Positions 47,743 through 56,846 of a stretch of DNA of 64,000 nt are shown here, in pieces. The position numbers and the translations under genes are program-made. The notes under the pieces were generated by a model that was not told the DNA's origin, ran no database searches, and was given only the letters and a program-made list of their open reading frames with translations. The first letter of the stretch is position 1, and every line of letters begins with the position of its first letter. This DNA comes from a virus, in IMG/VR virus record IMGVR_UViG_3300020048_000026, positions 64,001 through 128,000 of that record. One strand, 5' to 3'.

Positions 47743-48251
47743 TGATAATAAATTTTGATGAATTTATTAAATTAAATGAAACTGAATCTACACCATCTAT
47801 TATTTTGGATTTATTTACTGATGATAGATTAAAATCTTATAATATTAATGATGATTTTTCTTTAAGTATTGAAAGAACAAAAGGCTCATTTAAAGTTATA
47901 ATTAAAGATAAAAACTTAAATAATAAGGTTATTGGTAGAGTTTATGTACAAGAGATTAAACCTAATGGCAAAAATGGATATAAAGCAGAATTGAGAAGGT
48001 TATATGTTAATGATGAGTATAGAGGTAATAAGTTTGGTGAAATATTGTTAAGAACTGCTCTAGATTCATTTCCTGAAATTGATTTATATGGTTACCCAAG
48101 TCCAAATAGAAATAAAGATATGAATGATGATAATCTTGAAGATTATAGAAAGAGATTAATAAAATTTTATGACAGACTAGGACTAAAGAAAGTGTCTGAT
48201 AAAAGTAATAAAGTTGAGAGAATTTCTTTAAAAAAATCTTTATCTTTATAA
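47742..48251 (+). CDS. GNAT-family acetyltransferase
   Basis: LYVNDEYRGNKFGEILL, LIKFYDRLG. Confidence 0.75.
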   Translation: MIINFDEFIKLNETESTPSIILDLFTDDRLKSYNINDDFSLSIERTKGSFKVIIKDKNLNNKVIGRVYVQEIKPNGKNGYKAELRRLYVNDEYRGNKFGEILLRTALDSFPEIDLYGYPSPNRNKDMNDDNLEDYRKRLIKFYDRLGLKKVSDKSNKVERISLKKSLSL

Positions 48252-48264
48252 AAAAATATAATTT

Positions 48265-49002
48265 ATGATAGAGAGATTTGAAAAATTTATAACTCCTAAA
48301 AATGAAGATAAATATCCAGCAGTAAGACACTTATCATTATATGAGTCAGCAATATCTATTATGGAGAATGGTTATATAATGAGTAGAAATGAAATGAAGA
48401 AAAATATTAATGATATAGATATTAATGTAATAAAGAATAAAGCGATAAATTCTAAGGATAGATGGTGGGATGAAAGGAAAGCACTTGAACATAAAAAATT
48501 TGGTACCGAAGATGTAATATATTGCACTCCTGATTGGTTTAATGATTCAGGTTATGAAACAGGTCATGGTGCGGTTATGTTTTATTTTAAACCTTCTATT
48601 TTTGAAGATTTTAAGGTAACATTGACTATAACAGATAGTTTAATGGAAAGTAATTTGAAAATTTATAATAGTAAAGAAATTCAAAAAATCTATTCAAATA
48701 TAATAAAAGAAAATTATAATGTTGATTATGAAAAAGAAGCAAAGAAAATATTAGAAAATTTGAATAATAAAAATGAGGGTAGAATGTTCAATACAAGTAA
48801 AGGGTTGATGTTTATTGAAGGTAATAGATTTTATAATAAATATTCAGAGATTCAATTACATATAAATAGAATTCCAATTAAATATATACAGGAAATTAGG
48901 TTAACAGATAATTTTTTAGATGTAAAAGATTCTGATATTAAAAATAAAGAAAAATTGATAAAACTATCAACACAAAAAAATATTAAAATTTATGATATAT
49001 AG
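48265..49002 (+). CDS. Putative ADP-ribosyltransferase (DarT/DUF4433-like)
   Basis: RH.S.....SIMENGYIMSR, VIY, terminal SEIQL....IP..YI pattern. Confidence 0.5.
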   Translation: MIERFEKFITPKNEDKYPAVRHLSLYESAISIMENGYIMSRNEMKKNINDIDINVIKNKAINSKDRWWDERKALEHKKFGTEDVIYCTPDWFNDSGYETGHGAVMFYFKPSIFEDFKVTLTITDSLMESNLKIYNSKEIQKIYSNIIKENYNVDYEKEAKKILENLNNKNEGRMFNTSKGLMFIEGNRFYNKYSEIQLHINRIPIKYIQEIRLTDNFLDVKDSDIKNKEKLIKLSTQKNIKIYDI

Positions 49003-49858
49003 ATTTAAAATTTTTGAGAAAATGAGCGTTGATAGTTTAACAGTTCAGATTTCAGAGAAAATTTGGAAAAAATTCTTAGAGAATAAAAATGAATCTTCTT
49101 TTAGTGTTGATATATCAGAGTTTAACATTAATTTAAGAAGCTCACGTACAAATATTGTACCTATAAATTATATTAATGTAAATGTAAAGAAAAATCAAGC
49201 TGAATCTGATTGTTCTAATTTCGCATATACTTACAAGGACGGTTTCTTTACAGTTATTTCAATTGGGTTGTTGGATAGAGAGTCAGACAAATATAAAACA
49301 TATGGTAAAATAAAACAAGATATTATTCATGAAATTCAACATATGGTTGATGAATCAAGAAAAATAAAATTAAATGATAAATCTCGTTTTTTTGATCCAG
49401 CACAATCAAGAGCATTATTTCGTACTGATGTTTTTGGTGCATTTAGTAATGATAAAGGTAATTTATATAATGCTAAAAAAACAATTGATAGTTTTTTAAC
49501 TTATAATGGCTTAACAGAACAATATAAAAAATTATTAATTTATCTTTATTTGGCTACAGATGATGAAATGGCTTCGCGTTTACATGAACTCTATATACAA
49601 TCAAAAGAACCTGGATATTTAGATTATTTAAAACAAAAAAAAAGACCAATAAAGTATTATAAAGATATGATACAAATGAAACTTGATTATAATCTTTTTT
49701 CTAAGAAGGAAAAAGATAAAATCTCAGATTTATTCCAAGTTAGTAATATTAAGAAAGTTGAGAAATATATAAATAATCAAGGTCAAAAATTTATAAACAA
49801 AGCTTATAAATTAGCTTCTTATGAAGAACCAGATAATACCGTTAAAAATAGTTATTAA
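48992..49858 (+). CDS. Putative zinc metallopeptidase
   Basis: IIHEIQH and a downstream DEM.SR..E. Confidence 0.55.
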   Translation: MIYRFKIFEKMSVDSLTVQISEKIWKKFLENKNESSFSVDISEFNINLRSSRTNIVPINYINVNVKKNQAESDCSNFAYTYKDGFFTVISIGLLDRESDKYKTYGKIKQDIIHEIQHMVDESRKIKLNDKSRFFDPAQSRALFRTDVFGAFSNDKGNLYNAKKTIDSFLTYNGLTEQYKKLLIYLYLATDDEMASRLHELYIQSKEPGYLDYLKQKKRPIKYYKDMIQMKLDYNLFSKKEKDKISDLFQVSNIKKVEKYINNQGQKFINKAYKLASYEEPDNTVKNSY

Positions 49859-50480
49859 GTACAACAAAATCACCTTTTTTAATAAAATCAATTAATCTTA
49901 TCAAATGATTATTAGAAAAAAGATGTTTATTATCTTCACTATATTCTATTAATTTCCAAGCATCTTCTATTAAACTGAGTCTTACATTGTGTAATCCTTC
50001 ACCAGAAAATGAATTTAGAAAATTTAGAAAATTTGAACGAAATCCATCTCTTTCTCCATGACCACAACAAGGTCTCATTATTTCTAATACATCAGCATCA
50101 TAAACAATTATCTTATTTATATCTAAATTTAATTTTTTATTGATTAATGAAGATGAATATTTACAAAAATTCAGACCATAACCTTTTTTCTCTAAGTAAT
50201 TAGAACACAAGTTCATGCTATCGTTTTCCCATAAATCAATACCATTTGCTTGTCGTCCTGAATCGTGAAATGATACTGCATATCTAATTGCTGAAAAATC
50301 AATATCTTTATTGTTCAATTCATTATAATGAAATCTAGCCATAAATTCGGAGAAGATAATAGATCTTGCTATATGAAGTCTACCATGCACACCAACAACA
50401 TCAAAAGTGTTTTCGTGTTTCTGATAAATTGGTGATATTTGTGCTGTAAATTCTCGTATGAAATTATTCCAGTTTTCCAT
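49842..50480 (-). CDS. HD-domain phosphohydrolase
   Basis: HGRLHIAR, FHDSGR, YDAD.LE. Confidence 0.75.
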   Translation of the reverse strand: MENWNNFIREFTAQISPIYQKHENTFDVVGVHGRLHIARSIIFSEFMARFHYNELNNKDIDFSAIRYAVSFHDSGRQANGIDLWENDSMNLCSNYLEKKGYGLNFCKYSSSLINKKLNLDINKIIVYDADVLEIMRPCCGHGERDGFRSNFLNFLNSFSGEGLHNVRLSLIEDAWKLIEYSEDNKHLFSNNHLIRLIDFIKKGDFVVLNNYF

Positions 50481-50510
50481 TTTATTGTTATGAAAAAAAA
50501 GTATGAAAGT

Positions 50511-51851
50511 TTAGAAAAGTGGTTTTTTCTTTTCTTCAGGAAATTCTGGCATTCCACCTTTTTTAGGTGCACCTTCTTTTTTCTTTTTCTCTCCACCTTC
50601 TGGAATTTCACTCATTAATTTATCAACATCGGGATAAATTTGATTATCAGCATCTGTATTAAAATTAACTTTAAAATAATCTTTAAAGTTCAAAAGGTCG
50701 TTATTTCTTAATAGATACTCACGATTAATTTTTAATACACTTTCTAAAAAATCAGATATAACATCAACTTCTTTGTTGAATAACTCAATAGTTTTTTCAT
50801 TGAATATACCTATTGGTTTCTTTTTCTTTTTATTGAAAGAACCTAAAATAAGTTTGAAAATATACTCTATTTTATTACTTGATTTAATTAATTCTATTGT
50901 TGTATCGTTTTTAAGTAGAAATATATTAATTCTGAATTTATCCTCTGTGAAAAAACTTGGAATTGATAAATTCCAATCATCTAATTCCTTTTTAATATTA
51001 TCAATATATTCATTGAATATAAACGATATTAGTTCAATATATAATTCATCTTTTGTTATTTCTTTTAATTTAATTTTCTCTAAATCAACTAATTGTAGAA
51101 ATTCTAAAAAGTTAAGTAATATTAATGTATAAGTATCTAAATATTCTGTTTTATTATCTAGATTCATTTTTTCATAAGAAGGATTTAATATTTCAAATGA
51201 ATATTCATCATTTCCATTTATTCTTATTACTATTTTTTCTAAATTATCATTAAATTCGTCCATTAAGAATGAATTTTCTAAATTTGGATTTAGAATTTGA
51301 TAGAAAAAATATGCAAAATTATTTTCACCAAAAACATATTCTAAATCTTTTTCAGATGTGTGTAAGAATAGATTAATTATTTCTAATTGTTTTTCATTTA
51401 ATTTTCCTTTGAAAATGACAGGTAATGGGTCAACATCAAATAATTTTGAGTATTCCATTATTTCAGAATAATTATATTTATATCTTGTACCTTTAACAAT
51501 ACAAGTTAAGATAAGATTATTTTTTGGTATTTTTTTATATTCTATGTGAGCAGGTTGTAAATCAGGAAAATATTCAAAACAAAACCACCAATTTGTTGAT
51601 AATAAATTTGTTACATAATCTGGTAATGTATGAAGGTATTGAAAGCACATAGAATAGAATTTTTGAATTGCTAAATCTACAAAATTTAATTCTGGATTGT
51701 TTATTGATTTTGGTTTTATAACGAATTTTGATCCGTCCCATCTAACGAAGATTTGTGCGCCTTGTATATCTTCGTATACTAATAATTCTTTGTTTTGTAA
51801 TAATTCTATAATAGAATCAGGTTGATCATTTAGTTTTATAATCTGTGTCAT
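50511..51851 (-). CDS. Hypothetical protein, possibly a degenerate RNA-ligase-like fold
   Basis: YEDIQGAQI where EKxDG is expected; FCFEY; P.IFKG; LEKIVI. Confidence 0.4.
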   Translation of the reverse strand: MTQIIKLNDQPDSIIELLQNKELLVYEDIQGAQIFVRWDGSKFVIKPKSINNPELNFVDLAIQKFYSMCFQYLHTLPDYVTNLLSTNWWFCFEYFPDLQPAHIEYKKIPKNNLILTCIVKGTRYKYNYSEIMEYSKLFDVDPLPVIFKGKLNEKQLEIINLFLHTSEKDLEYVFGENNFAYFFYQILNPNLENSFLMDEFNDNLEKIVIRINGNDEYSFEILNPSYEKMNLDNKTEYLDTYTLILLNFLEFLQLVDLEKIKLKEITKDELYIELISFIFNEYIDNIKKELDDWNLSIPSFFTEDKFRINIFLLKNDTTIELIKSSNKIEYIFKLILGSFNKKKKKPIGIFNEKTIELFNKEVDVISDFLESVLKINREYLLRNNDLLNFKDYFKVNFNTDADNQIYPDVDKLMSEIPEGGEKKKKEGAPKKGGMPEFPEEKKKPLF

Positions 51852-51975
51852 ATAATTCTTTTGTTTTTTGAATTGTTTTTACTATATATTAATATAGTGA
51901 GGTCATTTTTAGATAATTATTTTTTATTTGGATTATTTTTCTTAATTTTGGGATATAAACTAAAATAAACTAAAA

Positions 51976-53754
51976 ATGAGAGAACTATTATTTGTATTGT
52001 TTTTGACAATATCATTATTATCAAATGGACAAGATTTGATGACTTTACAACCAAGTGGTCACATCAATGATTTTGAGCAGATTTTTACTTCAGAGCAAAA
52101 TGCTGATTTAGAAAACATTTGTTCTGATTATGAAAAGAAAACATCAATTGAAATTTGCTTAGTAACATCAGCAGATTTTAATTTAGATTTAAGTGACGAC
52201 CTTGGAAATAAATGGGGTATCGGTAAGAAGGGACTTGATAATGGATTACTGATAGTTTTATCAAAAGCACAAAGAGATTGTGCTATTAGAACTGGATATG
52301 GTTTGGAGCCATTTTTACCTGATGCAACATTAACACAATATACTGATGAAATCTATCCTAGAACATTAAGTAATGACTCATTGAAAGATAGATTCTATAT
52401 AGGAATGAAAGAACTTATTCTTACTTGTCAAAAACATTTAGGAAATCAAAGTTATGATTTTCTTGTAGAATACAAGAAATTACAAGAAAAACGAGAATCA
52501 GAAGCACAAACAGCCGCGCTTTATGAATTTATAAAAATAATTCTATTGTTAATTATATTAGGTGGTATTGGATTTTTGATTTATCGTCATATTCAAAAAT
52601 TAAAAAAATTGAGAGAACTTAAAAATTCTATTGAAACAACAGCAAAGGTTATAGAGGAATTTAAATCTGAAGTGGAAAAATTTGGTCCTCTACCAAAAGA
52701 ATTACAAGATATATATGATACTAAGATAGAACCTACAAAGAGTAATATTACTCAAGAAACCTTTACACAAAATCAATATATTTATAATCAATTTATTGAT
52801 TATCGTGCTATAATCAATACTATCAATAATGCAATTGTTTCAATTTCATCTGTGAATAGTGATGTAGAAAAGTACTTACAGGATAATTATCCTTATTGTG
52901 AAGAATATTTAAAAAATGAGTTAAGTTCCATTTCATTTGTGGGTCCTGATTTTGAAGATTTGAAAACAGGAGAATATCGTAGAGAAAGAATGAATAAGTT
53001 AGTTGGAATTCAAACATCATTGGATGGAAAATTAAAAGCATTCTTAAATAAGACTGTGAAAATAAATAGTATTATTACTGACAATCTTGAAATTTCTAAA
53101 AAAACAAGTGAATTGAAAAATTCATTTGTTGAATATACTGAAAAAAGGACTATATTATCTAGTGTAAAAATAGGCAAAAGATATGATAGTTTAGTAAATA
53201 TAGATTTTGATAATTATCTTAACAAGATTACTACAAATATATCTAGTAGTTTGAATTTTCTAAAGAACGAAGATTTTGATTCTGCCATGAACACATATGG
53301 TAATTATGTTACTACTATTTCAGTTTTAAGTAGTGCATTTGAATCTGTTACATCATTACTTAATCAATTTAATAAAAGTGAGAAATCTATTAAAGAAAAT
53401 ACAAGCAAATTATCTAATTTTATATCTTCAATAGAAGGAAAAATTAATCATTCCGGAGTTTCTTATACCCGTAAATCTACTTATGAGGATATAAAATCTA
53501 ATATATCTAAATATAAAATATCTTTAACATCAGATATTATTCAAGCCTCAGATATGTTATCTAAAATCATTAAATTGCTTGATGAATTAGAGAATGAAAT
53601 TGATTCTGATATTTCAGATCATGAGAGTAATCTACGTGCCGCTGCCGCTGCTACAGCACTTTCTAGTTCTAGTCGTAGTTCTTCTAATGGAGGTGGTTTT
53701 GGTGGTTTTGGTGGAGGAAGTTTTGGTGGAGGTGGTACACGTTCTAAATTCTAA
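51976..53754 (+). CDS. TPM-domain membrane protein with a coiled coil and Gly-rich tail
   Basis: Signal peptide, WGIGKKGLDNGLLI, IRTGYGLE..LPD, tail GGFGGGSFGGGG. Confidence 0.85.
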   Translation: MRELLFVLFLTISLLSNGQDLMTLQPSGHINDFEQIFTSEQNADLENICSDYEKKTSIEICLVTSADFNLDLSDDLGNKWGIGKKGLDNGLLIVLSKAQRDCAIRTGYGLEPFLPDATLTQYTDEIYPRTLSNDSLKDRFYIGMKELILTCQKHLGNQSYDFLVEYKKLQEKRESEAQTAALYEFIKIILLLIILGGIGFLIYRHIQKLKKLRELKNSIETTAKVIEEFKSEVEKFGPLPKELQDIYDTKIEPTKSNITQETFTQNQYIYNQFIDYRAIINTINNAIVSISSVNSDVEKYLQDNYPYCEEYLKNELSSISFVGPDFEDLKTGEYRRERMNKLVGIQTSLDGKLKAFLNKTVKINSIITDNLEISKKTSELKNSFVEYTEKRTILSSVKIGKRYDSLVNIDFDNYLNKITTNISSSLNFLKNEDFDSAMNTYGNYVTTISVLSSAFESVTSLLNQFNKSEKSIKENTSKLSNFISSIEGKINHSGVSYTRKSTYEDIKSNISKYKISLTSDIIQASDMLSKIIKLLDELENEIDSDISDHESNLRAAAAATALSSSSRSSSNGGGFGGFGGGSFGGGGTRSKF

Positions 53755-54470
53755 TCCTCTCTATTATCCTTAATAATATTCAATTTATTATTATATTTGA
53801 TAATAGTATGATGATAAATATTTTTAATTAAATATTTATTATAATACTCTTTGATTTTTGTTAAATCTCCTTTTATATTTGCTCCACCTTTCATAAAAAA
53901 TTTTATCTCAATTTTTCCTAAATTTTGCCATGCACCAACTTTTTTATCGTCAAAGTTTTTTGGATCTTCATTAAATATTAATTTATAAAATTGTTTAAAT
54001 TCCCATTCTTTATAACTACCGAAATATATTTTTAAATAATTTTTATCTAAATTGTAGAAATCAATTGTTTTTGATGCACCAAATTCATCTTTGAGATTAA
54101 ATCTTTCCTTAAATTTTATCCATGCTATAACATCTCTAGCTTCTGGTCTATTCCAAGGTGTTGAACAAGAATCATCACTTGATAAATAAAACGTTTTTAT
54201 AAATTCAAATATTTTATCATCTACATTGAATCCAGAAAAATATTTTTTTAATCTATTATCAATTTCCTCATAATCATTCAGATTTCTTAAATCTTCTTTT
54301 ATTCTTTCATCATATGTTATACCTAATGTATTATTCTTACTTATTAGACTATTTATTTTTTTCTGATGAAGTTCCCAATCACTTACATGACCAAATCCTT
54401 GTTGGTCTAAAAATTTTAGAATTTGTTTTAGATCTGCTTGATTTTTAATAGTGAGTCCACTTAAATTCAT
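53751..54470 (-). CDS. Hypothetical protein
   Basis: 239-aa ORF. Confidence 0.6.
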   Translation of the reverse strand: MNLSGLTIKNQADLKQILKFLDQQGFGHVSDWELHQKKINSLISKNNTLGITYDERIKEDLRNLNDYEEIDNRLKKYFSGFNVDDKIFEFIKTFYLSSDDSCSTPWNRPEARDVIAWIKFKERFNLKDEFGASKTIDFYNLDKNYLKIYFGSYKEWEFKQFYKLIFNEDPKNFDDKKVGAWQNLGKIEIKFFMKGGANIKGDLTKIKEYYNKYLIKNIYHHTIIKYNNKLNIIKDNRED

Positions 54471-54521
54471 AAAATTAGATTTTGTTTTTTATATATATAA
54501 AAAAACAAAATACATATTTTA

Positions 54522-54911
54522 ATGCTAAAAACTTATACTAGTTTTATTACAAAGATTAATGAAGGTTCAGATAGTTCTCCAACTATTATTTATTGGGATC
54601 ATCAACTTGTTGATGTTCTGGATAAAGAGTGGACAAACATAACAGTTAAGATTCTCACACATTCTTCTAATATTTATACAATAGGGTTTAAAGCTGGAAA
54701 TGAAAAATATGATTATTATGGTGTTTTGTTTGATAGTAGTAGTAATAGTTTATTAGTACAAGATACTCATAATGTAGATTCTAAGTTTCAAAAAAAGTTA
54801 AATATAGAATTTTGGAAAAATGCTGTAGAATACTCTAAAAATATGGATTTTGATCCTAAATTTTTAGGTGATGTTTCTCATATAAGAGATGCTGAAAGAT
54901 ATAATATGTAA
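54522..54911 (+). CDS. Putative virion-internal protein (... AERYNM)
   Basis: MLKTYTSF...INE N-terminus and C-terminal motif. Confidence 0.6.
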   Translation: MLKTYTSFITKINEGSDSSPTIIYWDHQLVDVLDKEWTNITVKILTHSSNIYTIGFKAGNEKYDYYGVLFDSSSNSLLVQDTHNVDSKFQKKLNIEFWKNAVEYSKNMDFDPKFLGDVSHIRDAERYNM

Positions 54912-55742
54912 TTATACTGCTAATTCTAATTTTGTTGTGAGTCTTTCAATTCCTTTCACATTATATATCTCAAAATCTTCAACGTCTATATTATAGAAAT
55001 CCTTATTTGTGTTTAATATAAGTTTTGGCTCTATTTCTAATGGTGTTCTACTTAATAATTCTGTAACTGAACTAAAATGTCTATCATAAATATGTAAATT
55101 TTGAACTAAATGACAAAATTTGCCTATTTTATAATTTAGTTGTGAAGCTACCATCATTTGTAGAGCAACATATTGAATTTTATTTATATATCCTGCCATA
55201 ATATAATCATTGCTACGCTGTACTAATGTCATATCAAGATAGTACTCATTTTCAAATTTTCTTACTGACCAAATTGTTTCATATGCACAAGGAAATAATC
55301 CATCTGTTTCAAGCAAATCTTGATATTGATACATATTCATTATATGTCTTCTAGAAAAAGGATCATTCTTTAATGAATAAATTAAATTATTCATTAAATT
55401 ATATTTTTTTACTGTAGCACCATATCTTTGACCTATTGTATCATCACCTATATTCCAATCATCCCACCATTTTATATCACGTTTTCTAGCACTTATAAGA
55501 GAACTATCTTGGTCTTGATAAATCCAAAGTATTTCTTTTATTCCAGTTTTTATTGCCGTGTTTCTTAGTGTTGTAATTGGAAATTCACCTTTACTTAGAT
55601 TATATTCTTCAAAAACTTGTGTTATAAATTTACTATACGCTGGTGTACCATCTAAGTATTTTGGTCTAGGATTTTCATCAAAAGAACCTTCATCAATTAT
55701 TTTATTTAAATTTTCAATATAATATTTATCAGCTTTATTCAT
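54912..55742 (-). CDS. thyA: Thymidylate synthase
   Basis: FPITTLR, EILW, PFSRR, catalytic PC, QRSND, N..QY, NLHIYDRH. Confidence 0.95.
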   Translation of the reverse strand: MNKADKYYIENLNKIIDEGSFDENPRPKYLDGTPAYSKFITQVFEEYNLSKGEFPITTLRNTAIKTGIKEILWIYQDQDSSLISARKRDIKWWDDWNIGDDTIGQRYGATVKKYNLMNNLIYSLKNDPFSRRHIMNMYQYQDLLETDGLFPCAYETIWSVRKFENEYYLDMTLVQRSNDYIMAGYINKIQYVALQMMVASQLNYKIGKFCHLVQNLHIYDRHFSSVTELLSRTPLEIEPKLILNTNKDFYNIDVEDFEIYNVKGIERLTTKLELAV

Positions 55743-55749
55743 ATTTTAT

Positions 55750-56499
55750 TTACATTTTTTGAAAAAATAGAGTATTCATTGTCACTATTAATTGCAGTTC
55801 TTCCGCTGTCAAATTAGGTAATTTATCTAATTTATATCTATTTTTTATAGATTCATAAATAGGTAGTATATTTTTTAATGTTGCTACATTAATTTTAAAT
55901 GTACCTTTTCTAAATCTATCCCAAATACCTTGATCAGGTATACCATGTAGGTCTGCTATTATTTGTGTTTCTAAATGCCAAAACCACATTTTTTTACATT
56001 CAATGTTTTCACATATCTTTTTAACATCCTTTATTGTTTCTTCTGTCGTTTCAAATTCATAATGATCTAATAATAAAGTGTCACATTTACCTTTATATGT
56101 CCTTGCATCACAACATATTATGTTTGCTTTTTTGAATAGAGATGGATTTACTTTTTTATGATAATCAATAACATCTTGACTTTTTTCTAAAACTGTTAGT
56201 GATTTTACATTTGTATTGTTTAATAACCAAAATTCACGTGCTGCAAATCCTAAACCAGTAGCAATAACATTTCCACTAGCAATATAGTAATGTGAAAATA
56301 ATTGTGCAGCCTGCATATGATCTTTTTGATATAGCATCCATTGTTGCCCGTGAATATAGAGAGCATGTGTACCATTCTCAAATTTTTTAACTTCAAAAGC
56401 CTTTATTGGTCCAGTTGGGCCAAGTGTTTTGATATTATTATCTTCTATAATATCAAAATTTGGTGGATTATAATTGAATAATTTTAATACCTCTAGCAT
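55750..56499 (-). CDS. SAM-dependent methyltransferase-like protein (spermidine-synthase-like fold)
   Basis: GNVIATGLG, TVLEKS.DVI, CDA, LLLD. Confidence 0.55.
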   Translation of the reverse strand: MLEVLKLFNYNPPNFDIIEDNNIKTLGPTGPIKAFEVKKFENGTHALYIHGQQWMLYQKDHMQAAQLFSHYYIASGNVIATGLGFAAREFWLLNNTNVKSLTVLEKSQDVIDYHKKVNPSLFKKANIICCDARTYKGKCDTLLLDHYEFETTEETIKDVKKICENIECKKMWFWHLETQIIADLHGIPDQGIWDRFRKGTFKINVATLKNILPIYESIKNRYKLDKLPNLTAEELQLIVTMNTLFFQKM

Positions 56500-56846
56500 T
56501 CATTTATAATATCTATTTTTCTTAGTTTTATATCTCTCACTATTCTATCCCATTCTTTTTTAAAACTATTTGTTGGATCATTTTTAATGTTATTAGAAAC
56601 TTCTTTAACCAAATCGTTCAATTCTGGTGATGTAGTATAACGTGATATAGGATAGATAACTTTCACTTCAGATTGTCCTTCCATTACAGGAAGCCAAATT
56701 TCTCTTATAATATAATCATCTTTTAATTCAGGATCATCAGTTAATTTATAAGTTGTCATTAAATCATGAATTGATTGTTGTGCTTGTTGCCGAGTTAATC
56801 CATTTACTGTTATTCTATAAACAATTATAATTAATTCTTTTTTCAT
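56493..56846 (-). CDS. Hypothetical protein with RDIKLRKI tag
   Basis: 117-aa ORF. Confidence 0.6.
   Translation of the reverse strand: MKKELIIIVYRITVNGLTRQQAQQSIHDLMTTYKLTDDPELKDDYIIREIWLPVMEGQSEVKVIYPISRYTTSPELNDLVKEVSNNIKNDPTNSFKKEWDRIVRDIKLRKIDIINEC

Noticed and set aside
50511-51851. Active RNA ligase call
   Set aside because: The adenylated Lys of the KxDG motif is absent (EDIQG), so only a weak fold resemblance remains.
6968-54911. KYNL-coding DNA (AAATATAATTTAT) as an integron-like attC site or a TATAAT promoter
   Set aside because: No palindromic attC structure or integrase is present, the motif is almost always in frame at the stop, and it shows synonymous variation.
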